DNA from: Callorhinchus milii
Lineage: Eukaryota
NCBI RefSeq assembly: GCF_018977255.1
Contig: NW_024704743.1
Location: 101,434,001-101,498,000 of the forward strand
Length of the DNA stretch: 64,000 nt
Reading direction: 5' to 3'
How positions within the stretch are numbered: the stretch's first letter is position 1; every line of letters begins with the position of its first letter. This document shows, piece after piece, positions 13,030 through 26,619 of the stretch. The notes beneath the pieces are model-generated. The model saw nothing but the letters and a program-made list of their open reading frames with translations. It made no database searches and was not told where the DNA came from. A program made the position numbers and the translations under genes.

Positions 13030-13350
13030 ATAATAATAATAATAATCCTTGCATTTGTTATAGCGCTTTTCACATCGGGAAGACGTCCCAAAGCGCTTCA
13101 CAGAACACACTGTAAAGTGAATTGACTGTATATTTGTGGGCGAACGCGGCAGCCAATTATGCACAGCAATGTCCCACAAACAGTTGTAGATTGAAAATGA
13201 CCAATTTATTATTGTTTTTGGTTTTGGAGGGATTATTATTAGGCTCTGTGTGGAGTAAGGAAACTTGCCCAAGGTTTCGCCCTGCCTGGAATTGAACTCA
13301 GGTCTCTCACTTGCAAAGCGAGTGCTCTAACCACTGAGCTACAGGACTCC
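13030..13350 (-). mobile_element. SINE family A, full length, young
   Basis: Near-identical reverse complement of the 8228 copy. Confidence 0.92.
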
Positions 13351-14864
13351 AGAATAGGACAGTAGGACAGGATAGTTCCTATACAATAGGAAAGTAGATG
13401 ACCTGTTCAATAACATTCTATAATCACTCTATAATAAGTGATTTAGATTATTTCCTTTAATGATTGATTATTATGAAATGAAATAATGGTAATTAAGAAG
13501 GGTAACGTTCTGATGCAAGCTACGTTTACATGCTACCAGTTAAAACTAATTGCTTTTTTAGTGAGACTGGTATATGCCAAAGGAATCACTGCTAAATATA
13601 CATTGTTTGCATCTGCATCACATATTGGAACCGCTCAGAAAACTGGCCCAGGCGGGGCTCCAGTTCAACAGTTTTATGAACAGATTGATCAATTTCTAGC
13701 CCCATGCAAAAATGTAGCATTGTAAAGGACATTCCAGCATGAAAGAGGCTATTCGGCCCAACTAGATCCTGATGGTGTTTGGATTCCAAATGAGCCTCAA
13801 CTCCTCCTAATCCCTTCTCCTGAACCCCTCTATTCCCTCCTCCCTTACGTATGCATCAAGTGTTTTATGTTTTCAGCTTCAACCGTAGCTACTGGAAATG
13901 TGTTCCACAGTTGGGCTGCTACAATTAGCCCTCCATTTCCTCTTAAATATGTATTTTCACTGGAATTATTGACGAGGTTCGACTTGTGATTTTATTTTAG
14001 AAATTGTGTACTTAATGTTTTAGTTGATAATTATGCTCTAGGTAGGTACATATATGAAGTCCAAGTTGTTATTGTTGTTATCAGCCTTCTACTCCTCTGA
14101 CTTTGGTCATTCTTCACATCTTCCATCCCATTGGTGGCTCAGCTTTCAGCCAATATGTCCCCACTTTCTAGTAATTCTCTCATTTCGGTCAATACTCTCC
14201 AATTGTTCCTCCTCCCTGTTTTGTGATTCCCCATTGTCTTTATAAGATAGTTTGAGATGTTCATCCACTTGAAAGATGCTTACCTACAAATAAACAGAAA
14301 CTACACTTCACAGCAAAATGCTGTGAAGCACTTTGAGACATCTCAAAGGCATGAAAAGGCACTATATGAAATGCAAGGATTGTTGTCATATCAGTACACG
14401 TATGAGCTGAAGATGGACCAGTTGAATCTTACTGAACAATTATGAAACAGACTGCCCTCAGAGTTGGATTTATCTATGATGGACCCTGAGTCTGATGATG
14501 CCAGGATCCCACCCCATTTACTTTATTGACTATTTGCAGAATTCACACAGCTTCATTGTCTTCAAGAGAGAAACCAAGGGAGTTCAAGGGAGTGGACCTT
14601 CTAATGCTATGTATGATATTAAATGGGAAAAAGAAAATAAACGCAGAAATATGCTTTCAGATAAGCCAAAGCATAGGGGTCACACAGGTGCTCAATTAAC
14701 TCTGGAGCATTCAAAATATTTTGGGTTTTTTCATGAATAAAAATTGGGCAGAGATTTTCCAGGTATTCAGTGCACTTGTGAACGTGGGCCCTGTACCCAG
14801 GGAGGAGATGTACATTTGAGTGAGTACATTTAGTGCTGACTTGCAACAGATAAAAAGGAAACTA

Positions 14865-15022
14865 TAAAATGACCATGTTATAATTGCTGTGTGCAATTAC
14901 TGCGATGTTTTGCCCACAAAATATAAAGTCAATTCACTTTACAGTATATTCTGTGAAGCACTTTGAGATGTCTCGAAGATGTGATAAAGCGCTATATCAA
15001 ATGCAAAGATTATCATTATTAT
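14865..15022 (+). mobile_element. SINE family A 3' half
   Basis: Core end GCCCACAAAATATAAAGTCAATTCACTTTACAG and tail. Confidence 0.75.
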
Positions 15023-15999
15023 AATGTACCAACAACCAAATATTTTCCTAGTTTGTTTCTTCCCTGGCCCCTCTATTTTCTATTCTGTGTACCAGCATGT
15101 TCAATGCTACCATTTGTTTTCAATTCACTGATTCGTCTCGAATGCTTTTTGTGTTTTCCCCACATTTGCATCATTCGAAAGTTTAATCTCAATCCACATG
15201 CTGCACTTTGTCTCGCTCCTATCAGACCGTATTTGCTTGTTGCCTATTTGCCCCTTGAGTACTTATTTAGTCTGTTTTCTATCTGATCGCTGTATTTAGT
15301 CTGGCCGCTTGCAAGACCTATTACTATCGTGTTTAGTCTGTTGTCTATCTGCCCATTTAATATTTATTTTTCAGCCCAGAACAGACATTTGCCCAGTTCT
15401 GCCAATAATTTTAAAAATTACTGGAGCAAGCACAAGGTTTTCTCCACTGCAGGGCTAGATGTTATTTTCGATGTCCTAGTTGAGTAAGTACAAAGATCTA
15501 GCACTTAGACTATACAAGGTTAATCCTCTCTGGATTGAGGTCCTCATGTTCCCAGTAATGCAATGGACCAAAAGGATATTTTGATAGTGCTAAGTCCCCC
15601 AGCACTGCACTAGAGTGTCAGTCTAGATTGTGAGCTCAATGGCCAACATGAGACTTAAACCCACAACTCTCTGATTTGAGAGTGAGAGGGCTACCAATTG
15701 AAACAGGCTGACACCTGTAATATTATGAAGTAGTAAAAGAGTGCTCAGCAGTCTAACACAAAAACCGAAGCAAAATAATGATGTACTAAATTAGGTCTTA
15801 GTTTTTGTTTAATTACGCACAGCTGTTGCTTAAGTGCAGCTAGTAAGTCAGGATGATTTGATAGGAAAATAAGTTAAACTGGAATTCATAGCTAATGAAA
15901 CTTGTGTGCAACGTTTTACAATATCTGTCCTTATGGGATTTAAATCTCAAGCTTGAGTCTAACCATTTGCTTTCTGAAAGCCAAGTTCTATTTTACAGA

Positions 16000-17296
16000 A
16001 CAAAACACAAAACACTGCAGATGCTGGAATCTGCAACAAAAACAGAGAGCTGGGAAAACTCAGCAGGTCAGGCAGCATCTATGGAGAAAGTGAGTCAATG
16101 TTTCGGGTCCACGACCCTTCGTCAGAACTGGGGTATGTTGGGAGGGAGAGGTTTTTAAGGACAAGTTGAGAGGGGGAGGCAGGACAAGGATGACAAAGAA
16201 GACAAAAAAAAGAGAGAGAAGACAAAGGAGAGAATGTATTAGTTGATAGGTGATAGTGGCGTAAAACAAAAGGTTTTTTTTAACAAAAGGGTGTTGAAAC
16301 AAACTGGGGAGAAGAGGTGTTAATGGTGCAGAACAGGCAACACACCAGAGTGTCTTGGGTGGTGATTGTAGTGATAACAGAAGATAGTTCTTCTGGTGAA
16401 GAAGGTGAGGGGGGTGGGGGTGGCGTGAGAGAAAGGTGAGCTGTTACAGTCTGAAGTGGCTGAAATCAATATTGAGGCCAGAGGACTGTAGGGTCCCTAG
16501 CAGATAGATAATACGATGTTGTTCCTCAAGCTTTCGCTGTGGATCACTGGAACAGCGTAGGAGACCATGGATGGAGAGGTACGACTGTGAATGGGAGTGT
16601 GAGTTGAAATGGCACGAGACTGGAAGATTGACCTTGCGTACCAAACGGAGGTGTTCTGCAAATCGGTCACCCAATCAGCGCTTAGTCTCCCCAATATAGA
16701 GGAGCCCACATCGTGAGCAGCAGATGCAGTAAACTACATTGGTGGTAGTACATGTAAACCGCTGTCTTACATGGAACCTGTGTTTGAGGCCTTGGATAGT
16801 GGTCTGGAAGGAGGTGAAAGGGCAGGTATTACATCTCCTGCGCTGGCATGGGAAGGTGCAGGGTAAGGAGAACAGCTGGTAGTGCTGACAGCAGAATTAA
16901 CTAAGGAATCCCGGAGGGAGCGATCCCTTCGGAATGCGGAGAGCGGAGGGAAGGGAAATATGTGTTTGGTGGATGAGTCACACTGGAAGTGCCAGAAATG
17001 TTGGAGGATGATGTGCTGAATCTTGAGGCTGGTGGGGTGGTAGGTAAGGACTAAGAGCACCCTATGCCGGTTCCGGGATGGGGGGGGAAGGGTGAGGGCA
17101 GATGTGCGGGAAATAAGGTGGACACAGTCAAGGGTTTTGGCTGTTACTGTTGATGGGAATCCTCAGTCGAGAAAAATGAGGACACCTCGGTTACTCTGGC
17201 GTGAAAGGTTGCATTGTCGGAGCCGATGCGGCGGAGGCAGAGGAACTGAGAAAATGGAATGGCGTCTTTGCAGGAGGCTGGGGGGATGAGGTGTAA
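16000..17296 (-). mobile_element. Penelope-like element, 5'-truncated (RT C-terminus, linker, GIY-YIG endonuclease, 3' pLTR region)
   Basis: Minus frames: CKDAIPFSQFL.LRR; LVLTYHP..IFPFPPLSAFRRDRSLRDSLV; LYIGETKR.LGDRFAEHLR..PVSCHFN..LGTLQSSGLN. Exact 13-bp TSD TCTATTTTACAGA at 15987-15999 and 17297-17309. Frameshifts and stops are present. Confidence 0.92.
16093..16129 (-). ncRNA. Degenerate minimal hammerhead ribozyme in the Penelope terminal region
   Basis: Minus strand AGTT-CTGACGA-A-GGGTC-gtg-GACCC-GAAA-CA-TT-GACT: CUGANGA and GAAA boxes, 5-bp stem II, 4-bp stem I. Confidence 0.7.
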
Positions 17297-17348
17297 TCTA
17301 TTTTACAGAGACTATTACACTGAACCCCACTTACTAACCCTTTAACAA

Positions 17349-17918
17349 CAACAACACGATTTCATTTATAGAGCGCCTTTCACATCGGGAGGACATCCCA
17401 AGACGCTGGACAGTTGGGTCAGGACCTGAGCAGGCGGGAAATAGTCAGGGTGAGGGAAGGGAGGGAGCGAGGAGGGGGTAGAGAGTCAAGAGGGGAGCTG
17501 AAGGCACGGTTGAAGAGAAAGGACTTGAGATCGGCCTTGAAGGAGGAAAGGGAGGAGGCGGCGAAGGCATTGGGGGATGGAATTCCAGAGCCTGGGGGCT
17601 GAGAGGCTGAAGGCCCGGCCACCGATGGTAGGGCGATTAGGGCGGGGGATGTGGAGCAGACCGGAGCCAGAGGAACGGAGGGTACGGACAGGTAAGTAGG
17701 GGGATAGTAGGTCGGAGCGGTAGGAGTGAGCAAGGTCGTGAATGGCCTTGTAAGTGAGGATGAGGATCCTGAATTCGATCCTCTGGGGGATGGGGAGCCA
17801 GTGGAGGCGAGCGAGGGTGGGAGTGATGTGGTTGCGAAGCCTGGTGCGGGACAGTACACGAGCTGCAGAGTTCTGAATGACCTGCAGCTTGTGGCGGGAG
17901 GTGCCGGGAAGGCCAGCG
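17349..17918 (-). mobile_element. L2 LINE 3' fragment, young (subfamily A)
   Basis: Encodes LQVIQNSAARVL..LHWLPI..RIEF. (TTG)n tail. TSD TTAACAA at 17342-17348 and 17919-17925. Confidence 0.92.
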
Positions 17919-18432
17919 TTAACAAGGTAATGCAGTGCACACAGCTAGATAAGAAAACATGACATTGTTTAAATTGTATGAGGATTTTGCCGGCATTGAT
18001 CACAGCACATTCTTTTTACAGCTGACCAGGTTCGAAAGTTACTCCTTAAGTACTGCAGTAACCTCTTTGATCAATGGTGAGTGGAGGGGTTTCCCTCTGA
18101 TCACATCCCTCCATAACTAAATCATCCCAAGCTTGATTGCACCATTAGTACACATTAAACCTAAACAGAGCACTTTCAGTCTTCTAAAAGTCTGTCAGAT
18201 GATGAATAGTGTACCCATAAAACATTTGAATCTTTAAAGTAAAGTAGTAAGATTAATGTGAAGCAGTTTGCAATGTAATTGCCATGTATCATTTGCTGAG
18301 GGTATGTTCCTTCCAGTTCTCACTATCCAATAAATAGCAAAGAGGTAGCTCCTAAATAAAATCCTTAATTCTTTTTTTATTTTCTAGCGTGTTATTAATA
18401 TATTTCTCTTCGCTCCTCTCCTCTCTGTCCAG

Positions 18433-18458
18433 CCTACCCCACCGTAAAAGGATGTCAG
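18433..18458 (+). other. Candidate 26-nt microexon of an unidentified host gene
   Basis: Long polypyrimidine tract TTTCTCTTCGCTCCTCTCCTCTCTGTCCAG, then CCTACCCCACCGTAAAAGGATGTCAG and a CAG|GTAAAA donor, in non-repeat DNA. Confidence 0.45.
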
Positions 18459-19380
18459 GTAAAATGTACAAAAAGTAAATGCTGTTGTCAATGAACTCGT
18501 AGCTCCTGCTAACTGTTCCCGATTAATCTGAGACCACTTTTCCTATCCCGAAACCCTATACTTCACTACTTCTGTGAAGTAGCTCCACCACCCATTAGCT
18601 CCAACTTATCCAAATCTCCGCTGCCCACATCCTCAACTGTACCAAAGTCTGCTTTTTTTAAAAAAACACTCAGTTTTGAGCTTATGAATGGTGGAGCCAG
18701 GGAAACAAGCGAGAAGTGCATTTAAAAGTCCAGGTTCTGAAATATCCAGCCAGGAGGTAACAAAGCAAATACTAATTGTATTACGTACTACCCAAACACT
18801 TCACCAATCTTCATCAATCTGTGCACAGTGGACAGGTAGCGGGAATTTCAAACACTTTCCATTCTCCTGCAGTCTGGCTCAGCTGTGATTGCTGAACACC
18901 ATGAGCAGGTATTGAGACCAATGATGGAATTCAAAACCGCAGGCTATTTCCATTTCTGATTGACAAGCAGAAAACAGAAAAAAAAATCCTGAGGCATTTT
19001 CAGTGGTAGGCAAGCAATCCAATCTTTAACCTTTGGAGCTGAGGACCATGAAATAAAATCCAGAACAACAGCTAGAAGTCTCCTCTCTTGTTGACTATAA
19101 GGCATGAAGGAAGCTCGGGTAGCACAATTTGACCAATCAATAAAACTGGCAATCTCATTGCAAGAGCCCATTCTTAGGGGAGGTGAAGATAAATCATATC
19201 AGATTAGCAGACTTCTTTTTCTGAGGTTGAGGTTAAGTAATGTTGCGGTTAAACATTTCATCCAAAAGATGGCATCTCCAACAATACACCGCTCCACCAC
19301 AACAGAGCAACAATAGACAGCTCCAGTGTGGGAGCAAGCATCAACAGATACAATGTTGGCTTTTCTCTAAATTGTAAAGT

Positions 19381-19743
19381 ATAATAATAATAATCCTTGC
19401 ATTTGATATAGCGCTTTTCGCATCTTCTAGAAGTCTCAAAGCGCTTCACAGAATATACTGACAGTATATTTGTGGGTGAAATGCAGCAGCCAATTGCGCA
19501 CAACAGTGTCCCACAAATAGTCGTGGATTAAGTGACCAAATTATTTTTGTTTTATTTTCAGTGATTATTAATTCCCGGAAACGTGATCTATCAATTGACT
19601 TAACAACCGGGTTCCTACTTACTGCTATTTAAATAGAGGAGTGTGGAGTAAGGAAACTTGCCCCAATATTTTGCCTTGCCAGGAATAGAATCCAGCTCTC
19701 TTGCTTGCGAGGTGAGCGCTCTAATAACTGAGCTACAGGGCTC
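19381..19743 (-). mobile_element. SINE family A, longer older variant
   Basis: Head, core and tail plus an extra internal segment (TAGCAGTAAGTAGGAACCC..) also found at 28370 and 55893. Confidence 0.85.
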
Positions 19744-21774
19744 TTGTATCTGTGCTGCTGCTTGCTCCCACATTGTAGCCGTCTACATTTGCTCTGTTGC
19801 AACAATAGGGACTAATTTGCAATATTTTCACAACGGTTGGGAAGAGCTAATCCGAGTAAAATTCTGCACACTCTGAAATGTTACATTAACAGAGTGAATC
19901 TAGACTCAGGTGGAATTTCTCCCCAAACGTTTGTCAAAAGAACTAAGAAATTACTGCATTGATTTGCTACGATTATGATTATTTTTCCAAGGCGTAAATT
20001 CATGCCATTTTAGTAAAGATTCTTGAGCATTGCAGTGTGAAGTCAGTACTGCAATCTCACAGTTTCTGAAAGCAAAATGATTACAATGAACGTAATCCCA
20101 TGACATTCATCAGCACTGGCAAAAATAACAGGAAATGGAGAAAAATAAGAACTCCAGAGATGAAAGATCACAAAGTTCAAACAGTGTTACATCACTGCTG
20201 AAACCATGGCAACATTGTGATTGGATTTTATTGCGCAGAAAACGCTCTAGGTATTGCCTGTAAGTTTTCATGTTACATTTTTATTGTTTCCTCCTCACGT
20301 GGATTCTTCCTGTTCTTGGTGTTACTGGTCATCCTTTTCATTCTGAATTCTGATTTATCTATTTGACTGTATTTCTTTGATAGTAGACACAGTTAAATAA
20401 CCCAGATGCATGTGTAAATCATGTGTTGCAGCCTTTAGGCTTGTAACCCCCACCCACCCCCCAAAGGGAGCCATTCAATGTACCTCTTTTTTCCTCTGTA
20501 AGCCTTCACAAAGCATTAGAAAGAGACGGATATAAGAAACATAGAGGCTTGAGGGGGTATGGGGATAAGTCATCACAGTGTGATTGACAGAACACATTGC
20601 TCTGAGAGCTGGTGCAGTCTCGATGGGCTGAAATTGCCTTGATATCTGTTGATTTCATGGCGCAAATCTTCACAATGCGACAACTTCAAATAAGTTGAAA
20701 TGCGAAATGCACATGGATGTTTCAAATGAACATGCATGTTTTTACAATTGTTTTCAATCCATTCCATCTACAAACACGCAGATCATTACACATCACAATA
20801 ATAATCCTGTGAAGAGTATTGAGATTTCACGATGGTGTGAATAGATTCTGTAACGAATGAACAGATTATTGTTATTTTTATTTTTATTTAACTTCTTATT
20901 GATCCTAAATAACTTTATGCAGCCCTGTAGTAATTAAGGTTGAGTAAATGTGTAAGTCGCCAAAGAAAATTTACTGTAAAAAGGGCAGCCTGGAAGCTAT
21001 AACTGCACCGCTGGACTTATAACCAAAGGACCTGAGTTCAAATCCCAGACTCTGCTTACTCTTGGCTACTGCAGACTTTTGGATGAGCTTCGCCGGTTCT
21101 TAGCCAGGTTGTTAAGATGAATCACTTTCTGAAATAACAAAACACACCACTTTAGAACAGGGAAAGGCTAATCACAACACTGCCATCCTGCAGAAGTGCA
21201 CCTCCTGTTGGCCAAAGGTGAAACAACATTCCATTCCAAGCAGTCGGTGAAGAAGAAAACAAACCCGCAGGTTCAGGCAGGGAGCAAACAGAAAACAGGA
21301 GTCAACATATCAAAATAATCTAACTGCAAAATGTACAATATGGTGTGATCCCAAAGTGGAGCTTTTTTAGTTTTCATATTCTTGAAACCTCATGCCTTTT
21401 GTATGTTGCATAATAAGCTCTTCAACAGTGCATTCTGGATTTGCTCATCCACCAAGTGTCTCTCATCTCATTGCGTCTGGCTACCTCCAGTCTAAAACTT
21501 TAATAGCAAAAAGTACTACACATTTTCTACTGCCAGAACTTACATAGACCATATGTTTTTACATTCCATTGGAGACAGTAAGCATTATCAATCTCTTACA
21601 ATTTCAAGAATTTTAGGAGTACTGACTGAAGCAATATCATTAATTAAAACAATGCAATTACTTTTTTAAGCAAAAAAATCAGAATCTGCACAATTTTCAC
21701 AACTTGAAGAAATATTTACCTGAATTAGAAATATTCTTTGTAACTATTTAACAAAAATATAAGTAAGCAAATCA

Positions 21775-22290
21775 CTGCATTCGATATAGCTCCCACAATG
21801 TCTCAAAGCATGTCACAAAGTTTCTGTAAGGAAGGAAAGCTGGTGCAGATAGGACCTCTGAAAAAACATCCATGTTCATTTAGCATTTCAATTTGTTTAA
21901 AGTTATTGCATTGCAAAAATTCGAACCATGAAATAAACAGATATCGAGGCAATCTTGCAATCCCATTGAGACTGTGCCAGCTCTCAAGTGCTCCGAGACA
22001 CTACCGCGTGTTAAGGACACTGTATAAATGCAAGTTGTTGTTGTTGTAAAGTGTAGTGACAGTGTATTTGTAGGAAAACACAACAGTAAAATAATGTTGA
22101 TCAAGACTCTAGGAGAAACTCCATGTTCCTTTCAAATAATGTCATGGGATCTGTCAGTGCAAGAAGTTCCTTGTTTTGAAAGACAGGACCTCTGAAAAAA
22201 TAGTGTTTCCCAGCACTACATTGGCGGGTCAAACTAGACTACAGGTGACTTAAATTCACAATCTTCTGAATCAGAGGTGAGAGTGTTACT
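21775..22290 (-). mobile_element. SINE family B interrupted by a chimeric insertion (21830-22044)
   Basis: SINE tail breaks at TGTAA (21825-21829) and resumes after TGTAA (22045-22049). Confidence 0.7.
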
Positions 22291-24257
22291 AACCTAATAA
22301 CCGAGCCAGGCTAGGATGCCTACAATCCTGCACTTAAAAATGTTGAACAATGGGCAAAACAGTAAAAAGTAGCAATGATGTTTCTTTGTGGTGTCTTTGT
22401 GCGGCAACAGTATAAGAGTTGAAACTTGCAACTTAATGATTGCTGTTAAAAGTCATCACAGTTGAAAGCTTCCCCAGTCAAGTAGAGCTTTTCTGAGATA
22501 GTAAAAACAGACATTGAGTTTGCACTAGGATTTACTTGTGTTCTGTAGCATTTGATCTGGTATACTTTCAACTCCAGTGAAAGTGAGTTTCCAGATAACA
22601 AGGTTTTCTAAATTGTAACTCTCAAAAAGGCCCTCACTAAAGCCATGGAGGTCAGAATTCAAACTATATATTACAGTGTTTTTAATGGAGGAAATTAATG
22701 TTGTACTTTCAAATGAATCTTTCTGACTGTGATGTCATGCTCGGATGAAGCTGAATCATCCATAAATGTAGGAATTATTAATTGTGACTTTGTACAAGAC
22801 TTTGGAATCCATTTGCTTCAAAAGAGGACAAGGAACATTATATATGCTATAAAACAAGCAATAAAGCAATAAATATTGGTATCCACATGAGGTTTCTGCA
22901 TATTGTGTGCAATTGCTTTTCATACTTTGTGGGCTTTTCACCCACAACGTCAATTCACTTTACAGTATATTCTATGAAACTCTTTGAGACGTCTCAAAGA
23001 CGTGATAAGGCGCTATATCAAATGCAAGGATTATTATTATTATTATACTCAATAACTGAATGGGCCTTGGATTTGACTGAGTTATCTCCAAATACACAAG
23101 CAACGAGTGGGAATCTCTTGTGAAGTTAAAGATTGGCCAAGACACCAGGAGAAACTCCTTTTCTTTGCATTGGCTATTTATGAGACATTTCTGTATGGAA
23201 ATTGGTTGTGTTCAGCTACAAATACATAGTGATTGCATTTTTCAGTCTATCCTGTGAAACATTTTGAGCTGTATCAACGGCATGATATATCAAATGCAAG
23301 GATTATTATTATTACTAGTATTGTTAAGGCAAATTAGTAGTTTATTGGTCACATGACCTACTTTGAGGTTTAAGACATAATTTAACTGTTGAAACATTAA
23401 TAAACATAAATAAACACTTATCAATCTTACGGACCACGCCTAAGGCTTTTTGCCTGATAGATAAAAGGTTCATTTCTGGCTGAGAAGCAAAATTTGTTCC
23501 TCCTCTGCAGAACAATTCAGGTGAAATAAATGTCTGCCAAAAAGGTACTTGGGGCTCAAGGCAGGCCTAATTTAAAAAATGAAAATTGCTCTCCTCAAAT
23601 TTAAAAATAATGGTTAGTGCTAGGATCTTAACAGGTCGTGATCATATCAAAAGTGGGGGTGGGGGAGCAAACGTTACCACCTTTACTTCTATACTGTATT
23701 GCAAACAATTCTATCAATACATTGAATTCTGTGATATTTAATAGGTCCAACTGTAAAACAAATGAAGTATACACAAGGGTTTTTTCTAAACTCATTGTAT
23801 TATTTCCAAAGACAAACATAAAAAAACAATTATTATAATATAATCTATGCTGTGCTAATCTGTACTGGACAAGTCATGAATTAATGCTCAGTGCACCAGC
23901 ACACTTATCCATGTGAATCATATCCATCCAAAATAAAGTCTGCAAGGCAAAAACGAATGCAAAATATTTCAAAACAATTAGGAGCTAGTTTCAGCTACTG
24001 ACAGCAAACGGAACCATTGTTTTCACCAATGGTAACTCAATCTTTCTTTTGGCAGTAACAGTAGAAATAGACTACTGCCAGGTTTCTGAATCATTCCCCA
24101 CCCCTTATACAATACAATTTACATTTATGTTTTAGCATCTGTTATGTTGGGAAGGTGTCCCAAAGCACTTAGCACAACTGGCTGGGCACCCGAGCTAGGA
24201 AGGGAGTTACTGAAGAGGGTGGATAATAATAATCATAATCCTTGCATTTGGCAAGTA

Positions 24258-24450
24258 TGTCAGCCTGGTGCAGTGGTAGCAGTCTTGCCTCTGAGTCAGA
24301 AGGTATTGTGTTCAAACCCCATATCGGGATTTGGAATCAAATAGCCTAAGATGACACTCCAATGCAGAGCTGGGGGTGTGTTCCATTGTTGGATGTGCCG
24401 TCCTTCGGATGAAACGTTAAATGAGATCCAGTCGGCCTGTCAGGTGGAAT
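24258..24450 (+). mobile_element. SINE family B 5' half
   Basis: GTCAGCCTGGTGCAGTGGTAGCAGTCTTGCCTCTGAGTCAGAAGG..GTTCAAACCC head, then Deu-like core. Confidence 0.75.
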
Positions 24451-26619
24451 AGAGCTCTGACAATGCAGTGCTCCCCTAGCACTGCACTGAAATATTAGCA
24501 AAGACTATGAGCTCAATTAAAGTAGTGTACTGGACAAAGGACAATGGATTGTGGACCTTCTGATGATTATCCTATAACACACTGTATGTTAATTCACAAT
24601 GTTGAACCACATATTTTTCTTCTGTCTGTACGCCATAGAGATCATTTTGGCATTAGAAAATATGGGTTGAAAGGAAATGTGAGTTTGCAAAGTGTGCTCT
24701 CTCACCCCAGTCTAGATCTTTGGTGATTCAGCGACAGACCAATAACTCTTAAGTAAGACCTAAAAATATAAATGCCAAGCAATTTGTAATCCAGAACTGG
24801 ATAAGATGAAGTTTGCGAAAGTTTGTGAATGTTTTGAAAACCAGATTAGGCAGAACAATTCTGACTTTTGCACAATGACAACAACACCTCTTGATGAAAC
24901 TGAAACTAAAATAGGGAACCTATAATTAGTGAATCTGACCATTTTCTGTAATTGTATAGCAGATGGCATAAGTTATGTGATGGTAAATGTCAGCTGCGAA
25001 AGGTCAAAGCTACATTTTCACATCTGTGCCAAAAAATAGACTATCCCTCACAGCAAATAGGCTGCAGTACACTCTTCAAACAATTTGGCCAAAAATTCCT
25101 CATTCTGTTGAGTGTAGCGACTTTGATGATGTGCACTTCTAATGGCATTTCAGTTTTGACACATCCCATATGGACAAGGCCATGTTTTGAGAATGCCTTT
25201 TAACATTTAAATCATAATTGGAATTATAAAGCATATATCTATCCATTGACATTTACTTTCTTAGAGATGACAGTCCTCTACCTGAAGATTGTGGAAACTA
25301 ACAACACATGAATATTACTACAGTGACGTTTCTCATTGCTGGGTTGTGTTTAATCAGGTACCTTTCAATGTGCTGAGAATGGATAAACAGTGATATCACA
25401 AAATTGCTTTGGATAAAAGCAGCCAATTTGATCCCATCTTTACAAAATACCCACTCTACCATCTTCCAATCATAACATTAAGCTGCTTTCTAAATAAGAC
25501 CAGTGTTCTGCCCTCAGTCACCCTTCCTGAAAATTTGGTCCAGTTGTTAATTACTCTGAGGACTCTAAACCTGTGTCTGCTGTCTTGATGCAACTGATAA
25601 AATAGGTTAAAACACAACAAAAAGTATTCCTTCATAATTCCATGTATTTAACATGTAACATGGATATATAATACATTGCGCCAGAAACACTGCACTCTGT
25701 GTATAATTTGATCAATTTGAAAGTCTGTGGCACTTCTATCTGACAGTAATAAAATAATACACAGGATGGGATGCTTTGCTTATTAGATGTTTATTTTTAA
25801 TTCATTTTGACCCATTTTTTGCCATGTTTTCCAACGTTCAAACATTCCTTTGCAGATCCCACACATTGTTTAGTTCCGAGCAGGTATGACCAGGTGATAC
25901 AGATCCCTCTGCTGTCAGTGACAGTCAGTGATGGCATGAAATCCCAATCAAGTTTTCCTCCTGCACATGCCAGCACCTAAACTAAGAATAGCAAGTTCAA
26001 CAGCCTCCCAGGAGAATACAAGAGGCACGAGGATACACAGCCATGAATTGAGTGACCCATTTTATCTAAGGGATTGTGGACCAGGACACCGAGAGAAACT
26101 CCTTTCTCTTTTCAAGTTGTAACATGGGATCTTTAACGTCTACCCGAATAGGTGATGGGAATAAAGGGGATTTAAAATCCACTCAGGGCAGTTAACATCA
26201 TAAATTTCTTTACGTCACAAAATAAAACATACCTCTTTTAATTACCAATCTGTTTTTTTTAACCATAGGAAGACAAAACTGATAAGATTTGTGAATACAA
26301 TGTCATCCGGTCTTATTCTCTGCTAGTCCGTAACTGTACTGACCTTGGCCATGAGAGGTTAGAATGGCAATTTCCCATTGTGAGGCTTTTCCGCCAAGGC
26401 TAGTAAATCTACTGATGAGAAAATAACTCTTGCTGTGTCTCCTGGATCTAATATCGGGGCGTGACCTCCCCATAGTTTTAATTTCTAATATCAGGTGTCA
26501 CCCACCCCATCGAGTATTGATATCTAATTGACATTAACTTGTGAACTGCCTCCCCCACCCATCCTGCCCCACCACCATCCAGCTTCAGCATAATGCTTGT
26601 GACCTAGTTTTCAAACCAT

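Noticed and set aside
20200..20225. RFX-like CCATGGCAAC next to ATTGG as a promoter module
   Set aside because: Short motifs, spacing unlike X-Y box modules, and no CpG island or other promoter evidence.
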